The notes under the pieces are model-generated. The model was not told the DNA's origin. It searched no databases and saw nothing but the letters and a program-made list of their open reading frames with translations. A stretch of DNA of 60,460 nt, counting the filler. It is 9 parts of 9 records of this genome, joined end to end, with 100 filler letters (N's around TTAATTAATTAA, not from the genome) between each part and the next. Parts side by side here need not be neighbours in the genome. Positions count along the whole stretch, not along the records: positions 37,667 to 44,562 come from SRR31147125_45575; positions 44,663 to 49,831 come from SRR31147125_45584; positions 49,932 to 55,220 come from SRR31147125_45630; 6 more parts are not named here. One strand, written 5' to 3'. Positions 42,239 through 53,113 of this stretch are shown in pieces (positions within the stretch are counted from its first letter, which is position 1; each line of letters starts with the position of its first letter). The position numbers were made by a program, and so were the translations under genes.

Positions 42239-43087
42239 ATGAAACCTTTTCCAAGAACCAAAGTAGCAGGTGTATCTTTACCAAGAATGATTATAGGAAC
42301 TAACTGGGTGTTGGGGTATAGCCATAGAAGTCCTTCTTCTGATGCTATGATTACTCAAAAGTATACCGACAGAGAAATGGTATCTAAGCTTTTAGAGGCG
42401 TATTTAGATTATGATATAGATGCGATAATGGCGCCCATAAATGAAAACCCTGTGTTGATAGACGGTATCCATATGGCGGAAGATAGAACCAGTAAAAAGA
42501 TTACTATAATTGATACCCCTGTTATTGATGTTTCTGATACTGTTGAGGGAAGAAGATCTGCTATGGATGTTTTTACGGCTAGTAAAAAAGCTGGGGCTGA
42601 CTTTTGTCTTGTTCACCACTCAAGCTGCGAGCAATTGGTCAGCAAGCTTAATGGAACAATAGACCGCTTGCCAGATTACCTTGATATGATACGTCAAAAT
42701 AATATGATTCCTGGGCTTTCGGCTCATATGCCAGAGATAATTCAATATTCAGATAATAACGAATATGACGTTGAGACTTATATTCAGCTGTATAATTGCA
42801 TGGGTTTTTTGATGCAGGTAGAGGTAGAAAATGTTGGTCGTATTATACATAATGCAAAGAAACCAGTTATGTCTATAAAATCTATGGCAGCGGGTAGAGT
42901 GACACCATATGTTGGTATAAGTTTTTCGTACGCAACGCTGCGTGAATGCGATATGGTGACGATTGGTGCACATACTGTGGAGGAAGTTCATGAGGATGTA
43001 GAGATCGCTATGGCTGCTATTGAACGAAGATTCCCTGTTATGGGTGCTAGAAACAGTCCAAATACGACTGAGGTTCTGGGCTGGTAG
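42239..43087 (+). CDS. Conserved hypothetical protein, aldo/keto-reductase-like fold
   Basis: N-terminal LPRMIIGTNW, GLSAH and IKSMAAGR resemble AKR-type barrel elements; GGAG before ATG 42239. Confidence 0.65.
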   Translation: MKPFPRTKVAGVSLPRMIIGTNWVLGYSHRSPSSDAMITQKYTDREMVSKLLEAYLDYDIDAIMAPINENPVLIDGIHMAEDRTSKKITIIDTPVIDVSDTVEGRRSAMDVFTASKKAGADFCLVHHSSCEQLVSKLNGTIDRLPDYLDMIRQNNMIPGLSAHMPEIIQYSDNNEYDVETYIQLYNCMGFLMQVEVENVGRIIHNAKKPVMSIKSMAAGRVTPYVGISFSYATLRECDMVTIGAHTVEEVHEDVEIAMAAIERRFPVMGARNSPNTTEVLGW

Positions 43088-43203
43088 GGAACAGTGTGAT
43101 AAATTTTGATATTTAAAGTGATAAATATAGATTTTAACTAAAGTAGATAGGACTTGAAAAATAAGTTTAGAGTATATAAGAATCTACTAAGTGGGAGAAA
43201 TAG

Positions 43204-43249
43204 AAAAAGCCTTAAAAACCTTATTAAACCAAGGTTTTTGAGGCTTTTT
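43204..43249 (+). terminator. Intrinsic terminator
   Basis: AAAAGCCTTAAAAACCTT...AAGGTTTTTGAGGCTTTTT. Confidence 0.7.
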
Positions 43250-43394
43250 ATTTTACAATAATGTTTAAACTATATTTATACATAGTATTAAGTGCACTCA
43301 CAATTTCCATATAATAAAATTTGCTTAAATTTAAGATTAATCCCTCTAATATACTGATACTGTGTTATAATAAATATATAAGTTAGGAGGAACT

Positions 43395-43598
43395 ATGACT
43401 GATGATAGAGTAGAAGAAATTTTATCGTATTTTGCTGAGGGTAATAAATATGAGGGATTGAAGTTGAAAGATAAGGATTTTAAAGAAGAGGAACTCTCGG
43501 AATTATTTAAAGCAGACTATATTACATGTACTAGTCGCGATCCACTAATATATGTTTTAACAATAAAAGGGTGGAGACATTTTAGAGGCGTTACTTAG
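43395..43598 (+). CDS. Small hypothetical protein (possible winged helix)
   Basis: AGGAGG SD, upstream TGnTATAAT, LFKADYI...YVLTIKG pattern. Confidence 0.65.
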   Translation: MTDDRVEEILSYFAEGNKYEGLKLKDKDFKEEELSELFKADYITCTSRDPLIYVLTIKGWRHFRGVT

Positions 43599-44034
43599 AA
43601 TAGCTAAGTATATAAGAATTAAAAAAATACCATATAAAAAAAGCTTATAATCAAGTTTATCTAGCAAAAATAAGAGTGTATGTTGAATTATAATTAATTG
43701 ATAATAAAGATAAGAGACAAAATGAACTTAACCAAATAAAAAAGGGAAAGTTTGATAAAAGGCTCTATAGTAAAATTAAATTGTATACGTTATAATACCG
43801 TGAACAGACATCTTTTCTAGAGGTGTCTTTTTTATGTTTAGCTAAATTCGCTAATCTTTTTTTGAAAATAATAAAATAATAAATTAAATTCTTTGTAGGG
43901 CTATAACTCTTTGGATACAGGTTGCAAATTTATAGAAAATGCAGGGTTGATTCGCATAAGGTTTTTTAAAAAAGTTAATATAGTAAAGTAAAAGTAATTA
44001 AAGTATAATGGATGTTTAGTGAGGTAGGTATAGA

Positions 44035-44562
44035 TTGTTAGAGCATGATGAAACAACATTAAATAATAAGAATAGGACTAAAATCGCTCAGTTTTTAGAG
44101 CAAAATCACTTTATTGTTGATAATTTCGATTTTGATAAAGAGGTTGAAAGGTTTGTACATGAACTGGAATTAGGATTAAAAGGCGATGGGGTGTTGCCTA
44201 TGATACCCACGTATATTGACGGTGACTTGCATGCAGTTGAGGGAGAAAAAGTAATAACGGTTGATATTGGCGGTTCAAATTTGCGTTTGGCTGTTGTTGA
44301 AATAGTAGAAAACAAAACGATTGTTTCCAATGTTTATAAATCAAAATTACCTGGGATTGACCAAGAAATTGATTTTGCTACATTTATTGATGTGTTGGCA
44401 AACAGAATGATGCCATATCTTGAGTATTCAAATGTAATATCATTTTCTTTTGCCCATCAAGTTGAACATAATTGTGAACTTGACGGATTTGTAATTGAGC
44501 TTTCTAAGGAACTGCATATCGAGGGAATAAAAGGGAAACTGCTTGCGGATAGTTTAAAAAAA
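44035..44562 (+). CDS. Hexokinase family protein, 3' truncated
   Basis: LPMIPTYI, TVDIGGSNLR, SFSFA, LSKE; TTG start after GAGGT. Confidence 0.85.
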
Positions 44563-44662
44563 NNNNNNNNNNNNNNNNNNNNNNNNNNNNNNNNNNNNNN
44601 NNNNNNTTAATTAATTAANNNNNNNNNNNNNNNNNNNNNNNNNNNNNNNNNNNNNNNNNNNN
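44563..44662. other. Artificial contig spacer
   Basis: N44-TTAATTAATTAA-N44. Confidence 0.99.
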
Positions 44663-44674
44663 TTTTCCTTAACA

Positions 44675-44702
44675 TCCCCCTGGCCCCCTTCAAAAGGGGG
44701 AA
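44675..44702. repeat. REP-like GC-rich palindromic element
   Basis: TCCCCCTGGCCCCCTTCAAAAGGGGGAA at the contig end. Confidence 0.45.
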
Positions 44703-44752
44703 CTTTTTTCTTGTTTTATTTAACCTTACCTCAATGATCAGTTTATCCTTAT

Positions 44753-46039
44753 TTATTCTTTCTCAACAATAATTAGATAGGATATACCGGGTTTAGTCCG
44801 GTCGCCTTTGCCGGTAGCAACGACAATCTCATTTTTTTTATCATTATCCGCATCGCCCACGGCTATCCATGAGGATTCGGCGATGTCGTTACTAAAATCA
44901 GCTAACAGCTCTTTTTTGATATTTGTTCCGGATGCCTTGAACATAAATAAAAAACCAAGATGTTCACTGGTTATTTTCTCTGACATATCATCACCACGGG
45001 TCGAGATAACAAGTTCATTCAAGCCGTCATTGTCCGCATCGGCAATGACCATCATTTTTTCAAAATAGGCCATATCCAGATCTTTATCTTCATAAGCAAA
45101 GGTATAAACCGGGGTAGCACTCTTTTTTATCTTGTAGCCCAATACGGTAGCCTTGTTGATTTTTTGTTTTCTTTTCCAGCCAACGATCAGTTCGTTTTCG
45201 CCATCATTATCCACATCACCAACAATGGCAGAAGCGTAAAAGCATTTTTTACCATCATATCCATTAATAATAATCCGGGGCGGTGTCATTAATTCACCCT
45301 GTTCATCGAATTCAAAGATCTCGATTTTTGCTTTTTCATCTCTGAAACTGTTGGAGGTGATATATTCCACCTGGCCATCATTATCCACGTCCGCGATAAG
45401 GGATTCTTCACCAGAGCCTGAAAGCTGATACAATTTGCGAGGGGATATATTCGAAATGTCTTTATCAACGTCATATCGAATAATCTCGCCACCACCGCAG
45501 TAAGCAGAAAGAACTTCCAGAATTCCATCACTATCCAGATCATACATGGCAAAATTGTGTGTATAAGAGCTTTTGTTAAAATCCGGTCGGGAAACCTGTT
45601 TTTTCACAACCTGATCCTTCTGTAATTGCATGATATAAAAAAAGGCGGTTCCACCTGTTTCCTGACCGGTGCCAAGGAGGATCTCATTTTTCCCATCACT
45701 ATTCAGATCAACAACTTTAACAGTCAGTCCCATACCGGGAAAACTCTGGGCCAGATTATCGGCAAGCAGCCGGGACGTCCAGCCGTTCTTTTCTTTCTTT
45801 ACCATATACACCTGGCTATTGGGACAACCGGTTGTTAAAATCTCGTTCTGGCCATCATTGTCAGCGTCACCGATTTCAACATCCCAGCCGGCATAACTTT
45901 GATCTATTTCAGCAACGATTTGTGCTTTCCAGCCGGGTGCCAGCTGTGCTATTTGTTGAGAGGGTTGAGGTGAAGATTGATACGACAGTAAAGCAAAGGA
46001 CAATAATAGAAACACGATTAACTTTTTCGCCGAAAGCAT
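44753..46039 (-). CDS. Secreted FG-GAP/VCBS repeat protein (Ca-binding beta-propeller)
   Basis: Signal peptide and seven (G/A)D(A/V/L)DNDG-type repeats; start reassigned to 46039. Confidence 0.88.
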   Translation of the reverse strand: MLSAKKLIVFLLLSFALLSYQSSPQPSQQIAQLAPGWKAQIVAEIDQSYAGWDVEIGDADNDGQNEILTTGCPNSQVYMVKKEKNGWTSRLLADNLAQSFPGMGLTVKVVDLNSDGKNEILLGTGQETGGTAFFYIMQLQKDQVVKKQVSRPDFNKSSYTHNFAMYDLDSDGILEVLSAYCGGGEIIRYDVDKDISNISPRKLYQLSGSGEESLIADVDNDGQVEYITSNSFRDEKAKIEIFEFDEQGELMTPPRIIINGYDGKKCFYASAIVGDVDNDGENELIVGWKRKQKINKATVLGYKIKKSATPVYTFAYEDKDLDMAYFEKMMVIADADNDGLNELVISTRGDDMSEKITSEHLGFLFMFKASGTNIKKELLADFSNDIAESSWIAVGDADNDKKNEIVVATGKGDRTKPGISYLIIVEKE

Positions 46040-46200
46040 GTTTTCCCTTTCATGTTTTTTATTATTTGAAATCCGGTGTAACGGCATCCTTTTTACAATG
46101 TAAAAAAACTATTCGAGAAAATATTTTTCAAAATAATGCTAAACATCATAATAACAAAGGTATTTATATCCCTGTAAATGTTCTTTCCACTCCCGATGAA

Positions 46201-46992
46201 TCAAACTTTTTTTGCGCTGACGCCAATACTCGCCAAAGGAAAACCATTTTGGGTATTTTCTGTCCCGTCATTTTCCTCAATGCCTTCAATCTCAAAGGAT
46301 TTTTCCGAGACGATTTCCACATTCCCAAAGCCAGTTTTCTTTATGATATCAAGATAGTGATCCATTAAAAGGGCACCTGAAATACAACCTACATAGGCGC
46401 CGACGTCCTCTTTGAGAGATTGTGGCATTTCTTTTTTAGTGACAATATCAGACACCATCAGGCGTCCACCTGGTTTCAGGACCCGAAAAGCTTCGCTAAA
46501 GACCTTTTCTTTATCAGGTGACAGGTTGATTACGCAATTGGAAATGATCACGTCAATGGAATTATCTTCTACAGGTAGATTTTCAATCTCTCCCAGGCGG
46601 AATTCGACATTCTTGACATTCCCCTTAACGGCATTCTCTTTTGCTTTTTCAATCATTTCCGGAGTCATATCCACGCCAATGATACGACCGGATGCCCCCA
46701 CTTCATCTGCCGCGAGAAAACAGTCAAATCCTGCGCCAGAGCCCAGGTCCAGGACAATATCTCCCTCTTTTAAGGAAGCCAGAGCGGTTGGATTGCCGCA
46801 ACCAAGTCCCAGATTTGAACCTTCAGGCACGGAGTCCATTTCCTGAAATGTATAGCCGATATTTTGGCTGATAGCTTCAACAGGATCCGGCCCACTACAA
46901 CAGGATGAACCACCGCCGCAACAAGACAAACTGGACACAGCAATTTTGCCATATTCTTCTTTTACAGTCTCTTTTATATTTTTAGATTCCAT
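46201..46992 (-). CDS. arsM: Arsenite S-adenosylmethionine methyltransferase
   Basis: N-terminal CC pairs, NLGLGCGNP, LDLGSGAGFDC, ISNCVINL, YVGCISGA. Confidence 0.95.
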   Translation of the reverse strand: MESKNIKETVKEEYGKIAVSSLSCCGGGSSCCSGPDPVEAISQNIGYTFQEMDSVPEGSNLGLGCGNPTALASLKEGDIVLDLGSGAGFDCFLAADEVGASGRIIGVDMTPEMIEKAKENAVKGNVKNVEFRLGEIENLPVEDNSIDVIISNCVINLSPDKEKVFSEAFRVLKPGGRLMVSDIVTKKEMPQSLKEDVGAYVGCISGALLMDHYLDIIKKTGFGNVEIVSEKSFEIEGIEENDGTENTQNGFPLASIGVSAKKV

Positions 46993-47008
46993 ATTTAACT
47001 CCTGATAT

Positions 47009-47386
47009 TCAACATTTTGAATTTTGATTAGGTAAAACACACACAGAAACGCAATCCCCACAATCTATTGATTCATGTAATTTCTTTATATCCTTTTGTA
47101 ATTGCTCTTCACCCTTGAATAATTCCTTTAAATTGTCAAGTAAAATCTCTCTGCTTTCACCCTCCGGGAGGGCTAAACTATAAATCATCCAGCCGCCCAC
47201 CCGGCGATCCTTGACAAGGCTGGAATGCTTGAGATAAGCTAAATGTCGCGAAACCTTTGTCTGGGTAAATCCCAAAACCCTCTGAATATCACAAACGCAC
47301 AGATCACCTGACTCAAAAATAAGATTCAGGATACGCAGCCGTGCTTCATCAGACAATGCTTTGAAAAGTTGAATCATGTCTTTCAA
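47009..47386 (-). CDS. arsR: ArsR/SmtB metalloregulator
   Basis: FKALSDEARLRIL, DLCVCDI, VSRHLAYLK; Cys-rich C-terminus; upstream of arsM. Confidence 0.92.
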   Translation of the reverse strand: MKDMIQLFKALSDEARLRILNLIFESGDLCVCDIQRVLGFTQTKVSRHLAYLKHSSLVKDRRVGGWMIYSLALPEGESREILLDNLKELFKGEEQLQKDIKKLHESIDCGDCVSVCVLPNQNSKC

Positions 47387-47414
47387 ACAGAAAAGATCCT
47401 TATTATGGAGTACA

Positions 47415-47434
47415 ATATTTGCTTATGCGAATAT
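47415..47434. promoter_or_regulatory. Imperfect palindrome, candidate ArsR operator
   Basis: ATATTTGCTT-ATGCGAATAT about 30 bp upstream of arsR. Confidence 0.55.
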
Positions 47435-47492
47435 ACGATAATACTTTTTATTTTGCAACACTTTTATGTTTTAAATTAATCTTGTAACAAAA

Positions 47493-47545
47493 AAATGGCA
47501 AACGCACATCCTGGTATATTACCAGAATTTCACGTTTGCCATTTT
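47493..47545 (-). terminator. Terminator after the Nramp-like gene
   Basis: AAAATGGCAAACG...CGTTTGCCATTTT with T tract on the minus strand. Confidence 0.65.
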
Positions 47546-47620
47546 GATTTTAGTATTAAATAAAAATCTAAAAATGGATTTCTTAAAAGATTTTCATCAT
47601 CATTTCTTTGTTATCTGTTT

Positions 47621-48838
47621 TTAAAGTTTTCCTAAAAACGTAATTAATTTATGGTACATAAAATAGACCATAATCATGATGAGGATAAATCCAAACACGG
47701 CAATAACATTTTGCAAAGTACTGTTTTTCAAATTTCCCATGACTTTTTTATTATTCAAAAGCAAAAACAGTCCGATGCCTATGGCTGGGACGGCAAATAA
47801 GGAAGACGCTTGTGCCAACACCAAAGCGTAAACCACATCTCCCCTGAAAAAGACTGCGACAATCATCCCTATAAACATGGCCAATGCTGTAAAAATCTTT
47901 GGTGCTTTATTCTGCATCGTCCGCCCAAGTCCAAGACCATCGGATAACAGGCCACCACCCATAATGGAATTGACTACAAGGGATGAAAAAGCTGCCGCCC
48001 ACAAGCCAATACTAAAAATATACTTGGCAAATTTTCCAAACAGTGCTTCCAGTTGAATGGCCATATCACCTGCGGATGTCACAACAATACCTTTGGGATT
48101 CAGAGCGGCTGCGGATGTCATGATAATCAGAGTGCTGATACCAGCAAGAATGACAATACCGCCGATGGTATCTTTTTTACCTCTTTCCAGCTCAGCCAAT
48201 TTCCACCCTTTATCCTGGACCAGATAAGCTTGATACAGGCAGGCGTGAAGTACAAACGTGGTTCCCACAAGGGCGGCAATTTCATTAAATCCGTTTTTGG
48301 GGACGTGAAGTGGTAAAAAACCCTTTGCCGCGGCAATGAGGTCTGGTTTGGCAAAAACAAGATTCGTGGCAAACGCCAGGATCATGGTCATGACCAGAAC
48401 CATAATCATTTTTTCCAACACATTATAGAGGTTTTTAGCAAAGAAAACCAGGATCATGGCCAGTGGTGTGAATATCAGAGGCCAGACACTTTCTTTAATA
48501 CCGGTAAGAGCCTCGAGTGCTGTTGCCACCCCCAGATTATTGCCGAACTGAAAGCTGGTTGCAGCCATAAAAGCGGATAGACCAATTAAAACAGCGAACC
48601 ATCTACCATAAGTGTCAGCAATGGTTTGTAATATGGATTTGTCATGGGATACACCAAACCTGGCACTCATCAACGTAAACGTAGCCATACCTATTGCAGC
48701 CAGAACGATAACCCATAATAATGCATAACCATGTTCCGAACCTATTTTTGACGAGACAGTAATGCTTCCCGGACCTAATACCACAGAGGCCATAATAAAA
48801 CCTGGACCTATAGCTTTCAAAAAATCTTTAAAAGTCAT
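47621..48838 (-). CDS. Nramp-superfamily transporter (non-canonical, YcsG-like)
   Basis: IGPGFIMASVVLGPGSIT, FQFGN, ALVGTT, AAFSS; about 11 TM; lacks the DPGN motif of MntH. Confidence 0.85.
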   Translation of the reverse strand: MTFKDFLKAIGPGFIMASVVLGPGSITVSSKIGSEHGYALLWVIVLAAIGMATFTLMSARFGVSHDKSILQTIADTYGRWFAVLIGLSAFMAATSFQFGNNLGVATALEALTGIKESVWPLIFTPLAMILVFFAKNLYNVLEKMIMVLVMTMILAFATNLVFAKPDLIAAAKGFLPLHVPKNGFNEIAALVGTTFVLHACLYQAYLVQDKGWKLAELERGKKDTIGGIVILAGISTLIIMTSAAALNPKGIVVTSAGDMAIQLEALFGKFAKYIFSIGLWAAAFSSLVVNSIMGGGLLSDGLGLGRTMQNKAPKIFTALAMFIGMIVAVFFRGDVVYALVLAQASSLFAVPAIGIGLFLLLNNKKVMGNLKNSTLQNVIAVFGFILIMIMVYFMYHKLITFLGKL

Positions 48839-49268
48839 TTTATCTCTCCTCAGCAAAGTATTACTATAAAAGCAGTGAATTTCTAAAACTGGAGATCCTT
48901 CGTCCTTGCTAACTATTGATAAATTTTATGAATATACAAACTATTATACGAAATTAAAAAATGTTTTTACGTTTAAGAGTAATTTATTATCTTTATTTAA
49001 CTATTATCAATTGACTGTTAATTTAAAAAGAAACATTTATTGCGGACATATTGCAATTTATCATCTATCTACTTTTTCTAATGGGGGGTAGGCAATTCTA
49101 GCACACAATAAAATTTGTTTAAATAATTTGATGCTCTATCAGGAAATTTTTGAAATAAACGCAAATTCAATTTGTTTTAAACTGTGAAATTAATAGTTCA
49201 TTTTTAAAATTTAATTTTGCTTCCTTTCTATTTACGACTGTGATGCAACAAATTCAGGAGGTTTTCAA

Positions 49269-49772
49269 ATGATTTCAAAAGAAATGGAAAAACAATTAAA
49301 CTCACAAATCAACAAAGAATTATATTCCGCATATTTTTACTTTTCTATGGCAGCTTATTTAGAGGATCAACGATTCGATGGCATGTCCAATTTTTTTAAA
49401 ATTCAGGCCCAGGAAGAAGTAGGCCATGCGATGAAAATATATGGTTACGTAAATGAAGCTGGTGGACGAGTTGTTTTGGATAAAATTGATAAACCACAAG
49501 CAGATTTTAAGGATATCGAAGAAATATTTCAACTTGGTTACAAACACGAACAATATGTAACTAAGAGCATTAACGACCTGGTCGACCTGGCCATCAAAGA
49601 AAACGATCATGCCACGAAGACATTTTTGGACTGGTTTGTAATCGAACAGGTTGAAGAAGAAGCCACTATGGATAACATTCTTCACAAAGTCCGCATGGTT
49701 GGGGATCATCCCCAGGGATTGCTCATGCTGGATAGTCAATTAGGGGCAAGACGAGCAGGGCCGGAAGAGTAA
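49269..49772 (+). CDS. ftnA: Non-heme ferritin
   Basis: QINKELYSAYFY, QEEVGHAMK, HEQYVT, FLDWFVIEQVEEE. Confidence 0.95.
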   Translation: MISKEMEKQLNSQINKELYSAYFYFSMAAYLEDQRFDGMSNFFKIQAQEEVGHAMKIYGYVNEAGGRVVLDKIDKPQADFKDIEEIFQLGYKHEQYVTKSINDLVDLAIKENDHATKTFLDWFVIEQVEEEATMDNILHKVRMVGDHPQGLLMLDSQLGARRAGPEE

Positions 49773-49831
49773 TCATCCATTTATTTAATTTATTATATTC
49801 TAAAATATCTGTAAAATTATATCCCGAGAGG

Positions 49832-49931
49832 NNNNNNNNNNNNNNNNNNNNNNNNNNNNNNNNNNNNNNNNNNNNTTAATTAATTAANNNNNNNNNNNNN
49901 NNNNNNNNNNNNNNNNNNNNNNNNNNNNNNN
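49832..49931. other. Artificial contig spacer
   Basis: N44-TTAATTAATTAA-N44. Confidence 0.99.
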
Positions 49932-50699
49932 GGGGTGGGAACCACAACCATTGCCACTAACCTTGCTGTTATGTTGGCTAAAAACAGTAAAAAACGGGTA
50001 CTGCTCATCGATCTAAACCTGCAAATGGGTAATGCGGCTTATTTTCTTAATTTAAAACCGGATTATTCACTCTATGATGTGGCCAGTAAAATAAATGATA
50101 TTGATATACATATGTTAGAGAGCACCTTGCCCAAACACCCTTCCGGGCTTCGGTTATTAGCCGCGCCATTACGAATCGAAGAAGCGGGATCCATATCGGA
50201 TTCGCAAATTGAAAAGGTTATTTCCTATACAAAGGACATATTCGATTATATTGTTTTAGATACAAGTACGAAATTTGACGATAACACCATTAAAGCATTT
50301 GATTGTTCGGATAACGTATTGTTGGTCACGTCATTGGATGTCCCCGCACTTGTTAATACAAAACGCTGTCTTGATATTTTTGAACGTATGGGATTTGATA
50401 ATGAAAAAGTGAAACTCGTTCTTAATCGGTACGGTTCTACCAATGGTGTTGAAACCGATGTCATTGAAAAATCGATAGATTATCCCATTTTTTGGAAAGT
50501 TCCGAATCAAAACTTTTCCAATGTATTTAGCGCTATTAATCAAGGTATCCCAATTACATTGATGATGCCCCGTTCAAAAATTGCGGAAAATTTTACAGAA
50601 TTGGCACAATATCTTAATGGCGCTGATCAGAGTCATCAATTGGAACCGAATCCTGTGCCCAAAAAGAACATATTCAAAAAGGTGCTGAAAAGGAATTAG
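49932..50699 (+). CDS. cpaE: Tad pilus CpaE/TadZ MinD-like ATPase, 5' truncated
   Basis: [39 protein letters not shown]; precedes cpaF. Confidence 0.88.
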   Translation, partial: GVGTTTIATNLAVMLAKNSKKRVLLIDLNLQMGNAAYFLNLKPDYSLYDVASKINDIDIHMLESTLPKHPSGLRLLAAPLRIEEAGSISDSQIEKVISYTKDIFDYIVLDTSTKFDDNTIKAFDCSDNVLLVTSLDVPALVNTKRCLDIFERMGFDNEKVKLVLNRYGSTNGVETDVIEKSIDYPIFWKVPNQNFSNVFSAINQGIPITLMMPRSKIAENFTELAQYLNGADQSHQLEPNPVPKKNIFKKVLKRN

Positions 50700-50701
50700 A
50701 G

Positions 50702-52138
50702 ATGAATAGCCAAAAAGGATTATTAAGACGACTAAACAAAAAAGTCGAACCTAAAAAAACGAAGGATACGAGGTTTACTCCTTTGGCTGAAACCGTGCCA
50801 AAGAAGCCTGATTTACCTACTGTAAAACCACAAGTCTCTCAATTATCCAGCAATTATCATGGATTAAAAGAAAAGATCCACAGGCGATTAATAGAGAGGC
50901 TTGATTTAACAAAACTGGAATCCATTCCAAAAGAAATTCTTACTAATCAGGTTAGGGACGTGGTTGAGAATATATTAACCACAGAGCCGGAAGTCCGTTT
51001 TGATATGAATCGTGAAAAACTGGTTGAAGAAATTTTAAATGAAACTTTTGGTCTTGGTCCACTTGAACCTCTTTTAAATGATCCGACCATATCGGATATT
51101 CTGGTTAACACCTATAGTAAAGTGTATGTGGAGCGTTTTGGTAAATTGGAGGCAACCCATACAGTTTTCAAGGATGATGCACATTTGCTGCATATTATTG
51201 ACCGTATTGTATCAAAAATAGGTCGTCGTATAGACGAATCTTCACCCATGGTTGATGCCCGGCTCCAGGATGGATCGAGAGTGAATGCGATTATATCACC
51301 TCTGGCTTTGGACGGACCCATACTTTCCATTCGAAAGTTTGGCATTCGTGATTTTCAAGTGGAAGACTTGTTGGAATTGGATACTTTGACACAAACCATG
51401 GCTGAGACATTAAAAGCCAGCATAAAAGCCAGATTAAACATTCTTATCGCCGGTGGAACCGGATCCGGCAAAACCACCTTTTTAAATATTTTGTCCGGTT
51501 TTATTCCTTCCAGTGAACGAATATTAACCATAGAAGATGCGGCTGAGTTGAAACTTCAACAGACACATGTCGTACGATTGGAAACACGACCACCAAATAT
51601 TGAAGGAAAAGGAGCTATCGTTCAGCGAGATCTGGTGCGAAATGCGTTAAGAATGCGTCCTGATAGAATTATTGTTGGTGAAGTTCGGGGTGCCGAGGCG
51701 CTGGATATGTTACAGGCTATGAATACCGGACATGACGGATCATTGACAACACTGCATGCAAATTCGCCCAGGGATGCATTGCGACGGTTGGAAACGATGA
51801 TTTTAATGGCTGGTCATAACCTGACAGATAAAGCGATGCGGGAACAAATAAGTTCTGCTATAAATTTAATTGTTCAAGTGTCCCGTCTTTCTGATGGTTC
51901 AAGGAAAGTGGTCAAAGTGTCTGAGATAACCGGTATGGAAGGGGATGTGGTATCGCTCCAGGATATATTTACCTATGAAAAATTGGGCATCCGTGAAGAC
52001 GGAAAAGTGATTGGAACATTTAAAACCACAGGAATCAGACCTAAATTTGCCGAACGATTGAGCGCCTCAGGAATTGAGCTACCAGAAGATGTTTTTGAAC
52101 CAAAGATTGAATTTAAAGATGAGGAGATTGCATTATGA
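50702..52138 (+). CDS. cpaF: Tad pilus assembly ATPase CpaF/TadA
   Basis: [59 protein letters not shown]. Confidence 0.96.
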   Translation: MNSQKGLLRRLNKKVEPKKTKDTRFTPLAETVPKKPDLPTVKPQVSQLSSNYHGLKEKIHRRLIERLDLTKLESIPKEILTNQVRDVVENILTTEPEVRFDMNREKLVEEILNETFGLGPLEPLLNDPTISDILVNTYSKVYVERFGKLEATHTVFKDDAHLLHIIDRIVSKIGRRIDESSPMVDARLQDGSRVNAIISPLALDGPILSIRKFGIRDFQVEDLLELDTLTQTMAETLKASIKARLNILIAGGTGSGKTTFLNILSGFIPSSERILTIEDAAELKLQQTHVVRLETRPPNIEGKGAIVQRDLVRNALRMRPDRIIVGEVRGAEALDMLQAMNTGHDGSLTTLHANSPRDALRRLETMILMAGHNLTDKAMREQISSAINLIVQVSRLSDGSRKVVKVSEITGMEGDVVSLQDIFTYEKLGIREDGKVIGTFKTTGIRPKFAERLSASGIELPEDVFEPKIEFKDEEIAL

Positions 52139-53105
52139 TAGAATTTGTTGTTGCTGGCATTTTCCTCACCCTGTTTCTTTTAATTATTGGCGTGTATTTT
52201 GCTATTTCTAAAAAGGTTTTTTCAAGCGAACGACAGATAAAACATCGTTTGTCTGATCTTCTAAATGACAAATCATTAAATGAATCGGACATTTCCCGAA
52301 TACTTCGTGACGATTCTTTTAGTGAGATTAAATTTTTCAATCGAATTCTGCAAAATGCGAAAATTTCACAAAAATTAAGTCTACTTTTGGAGCAGGCTAA
52401 TGTAAAAATGAAGGTAGGACAGTTATTGCTCTTGATGGTTATTCTGGGAACAATAGGCTTTCTTTTTACACAGAATTCGAGCAATTACCTTATGATGGGT
52501 GGCATTTCAATATTTTTATTTTTTGCACCACTCTTGTTTATAATTCAAAAAAGAAACAAACGGATGAAACTGTTTACTGTACAATTTCCGGATGCCATTG
52601 ATATGATGAAAAGTGCCTTGCAGGCCGGACACGCCTTCAGCAAGGCTATGCAATTGGTTGCCAATGAAGCTCCGGATCCGGTTGGTACGGAATTTCGAAA
52701 AACCTATGAAGAGAACAGTCTGGGCATTCCGTTAAAAGATGCTCTGATTAGTTTGTCACAACGCATTGATAATGTTGATTTAAATCTTTTCATCACCTCT
52801 GTATTGCTACAACGGGAGACAGGAGGAAATTTAACAGAAATGCTGGACAAAATAAGTCTTACAATCCGGGATAGATTTAAACTATTGGGGCAAATAAAGA
52901 CATTTACAGCCCAGGCAAGAATGTCAGCTATGGTATTGGGCGTTTTACCCATCATATTTATTATCTTTGCTTCAGCAGCGAATCCGGATTATCTTACGCC
53001 GTTGTTTCAGGAAAAATTGGACATAATCTTTTATTTGCAGCTATTACTATGCAAATAATTGGGTTTTTACTCTTGAAAAAAATAGTCAAGATCAAACTCA
53101 ATTAG
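52135..53105 (+). CDS. tadB: Tad pilus platform protein TadB (frameshift near 53015)
   Basis: [23 protein letters not shown]; the true C-terminus [29 protein letters not shown] is in a shifted frame after an A-run. Confidence 0.92.
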
Positions 53106-53113
53106 GAGAACGT

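Noticed and set aside
43740..43835. Orphan terminator hairpin (AGACATCT..AGGTGTCT) suggesting a small RNA
   Set aside because: No convincingly spaced promoter; it may simply terminate the 43395-43598 transcript
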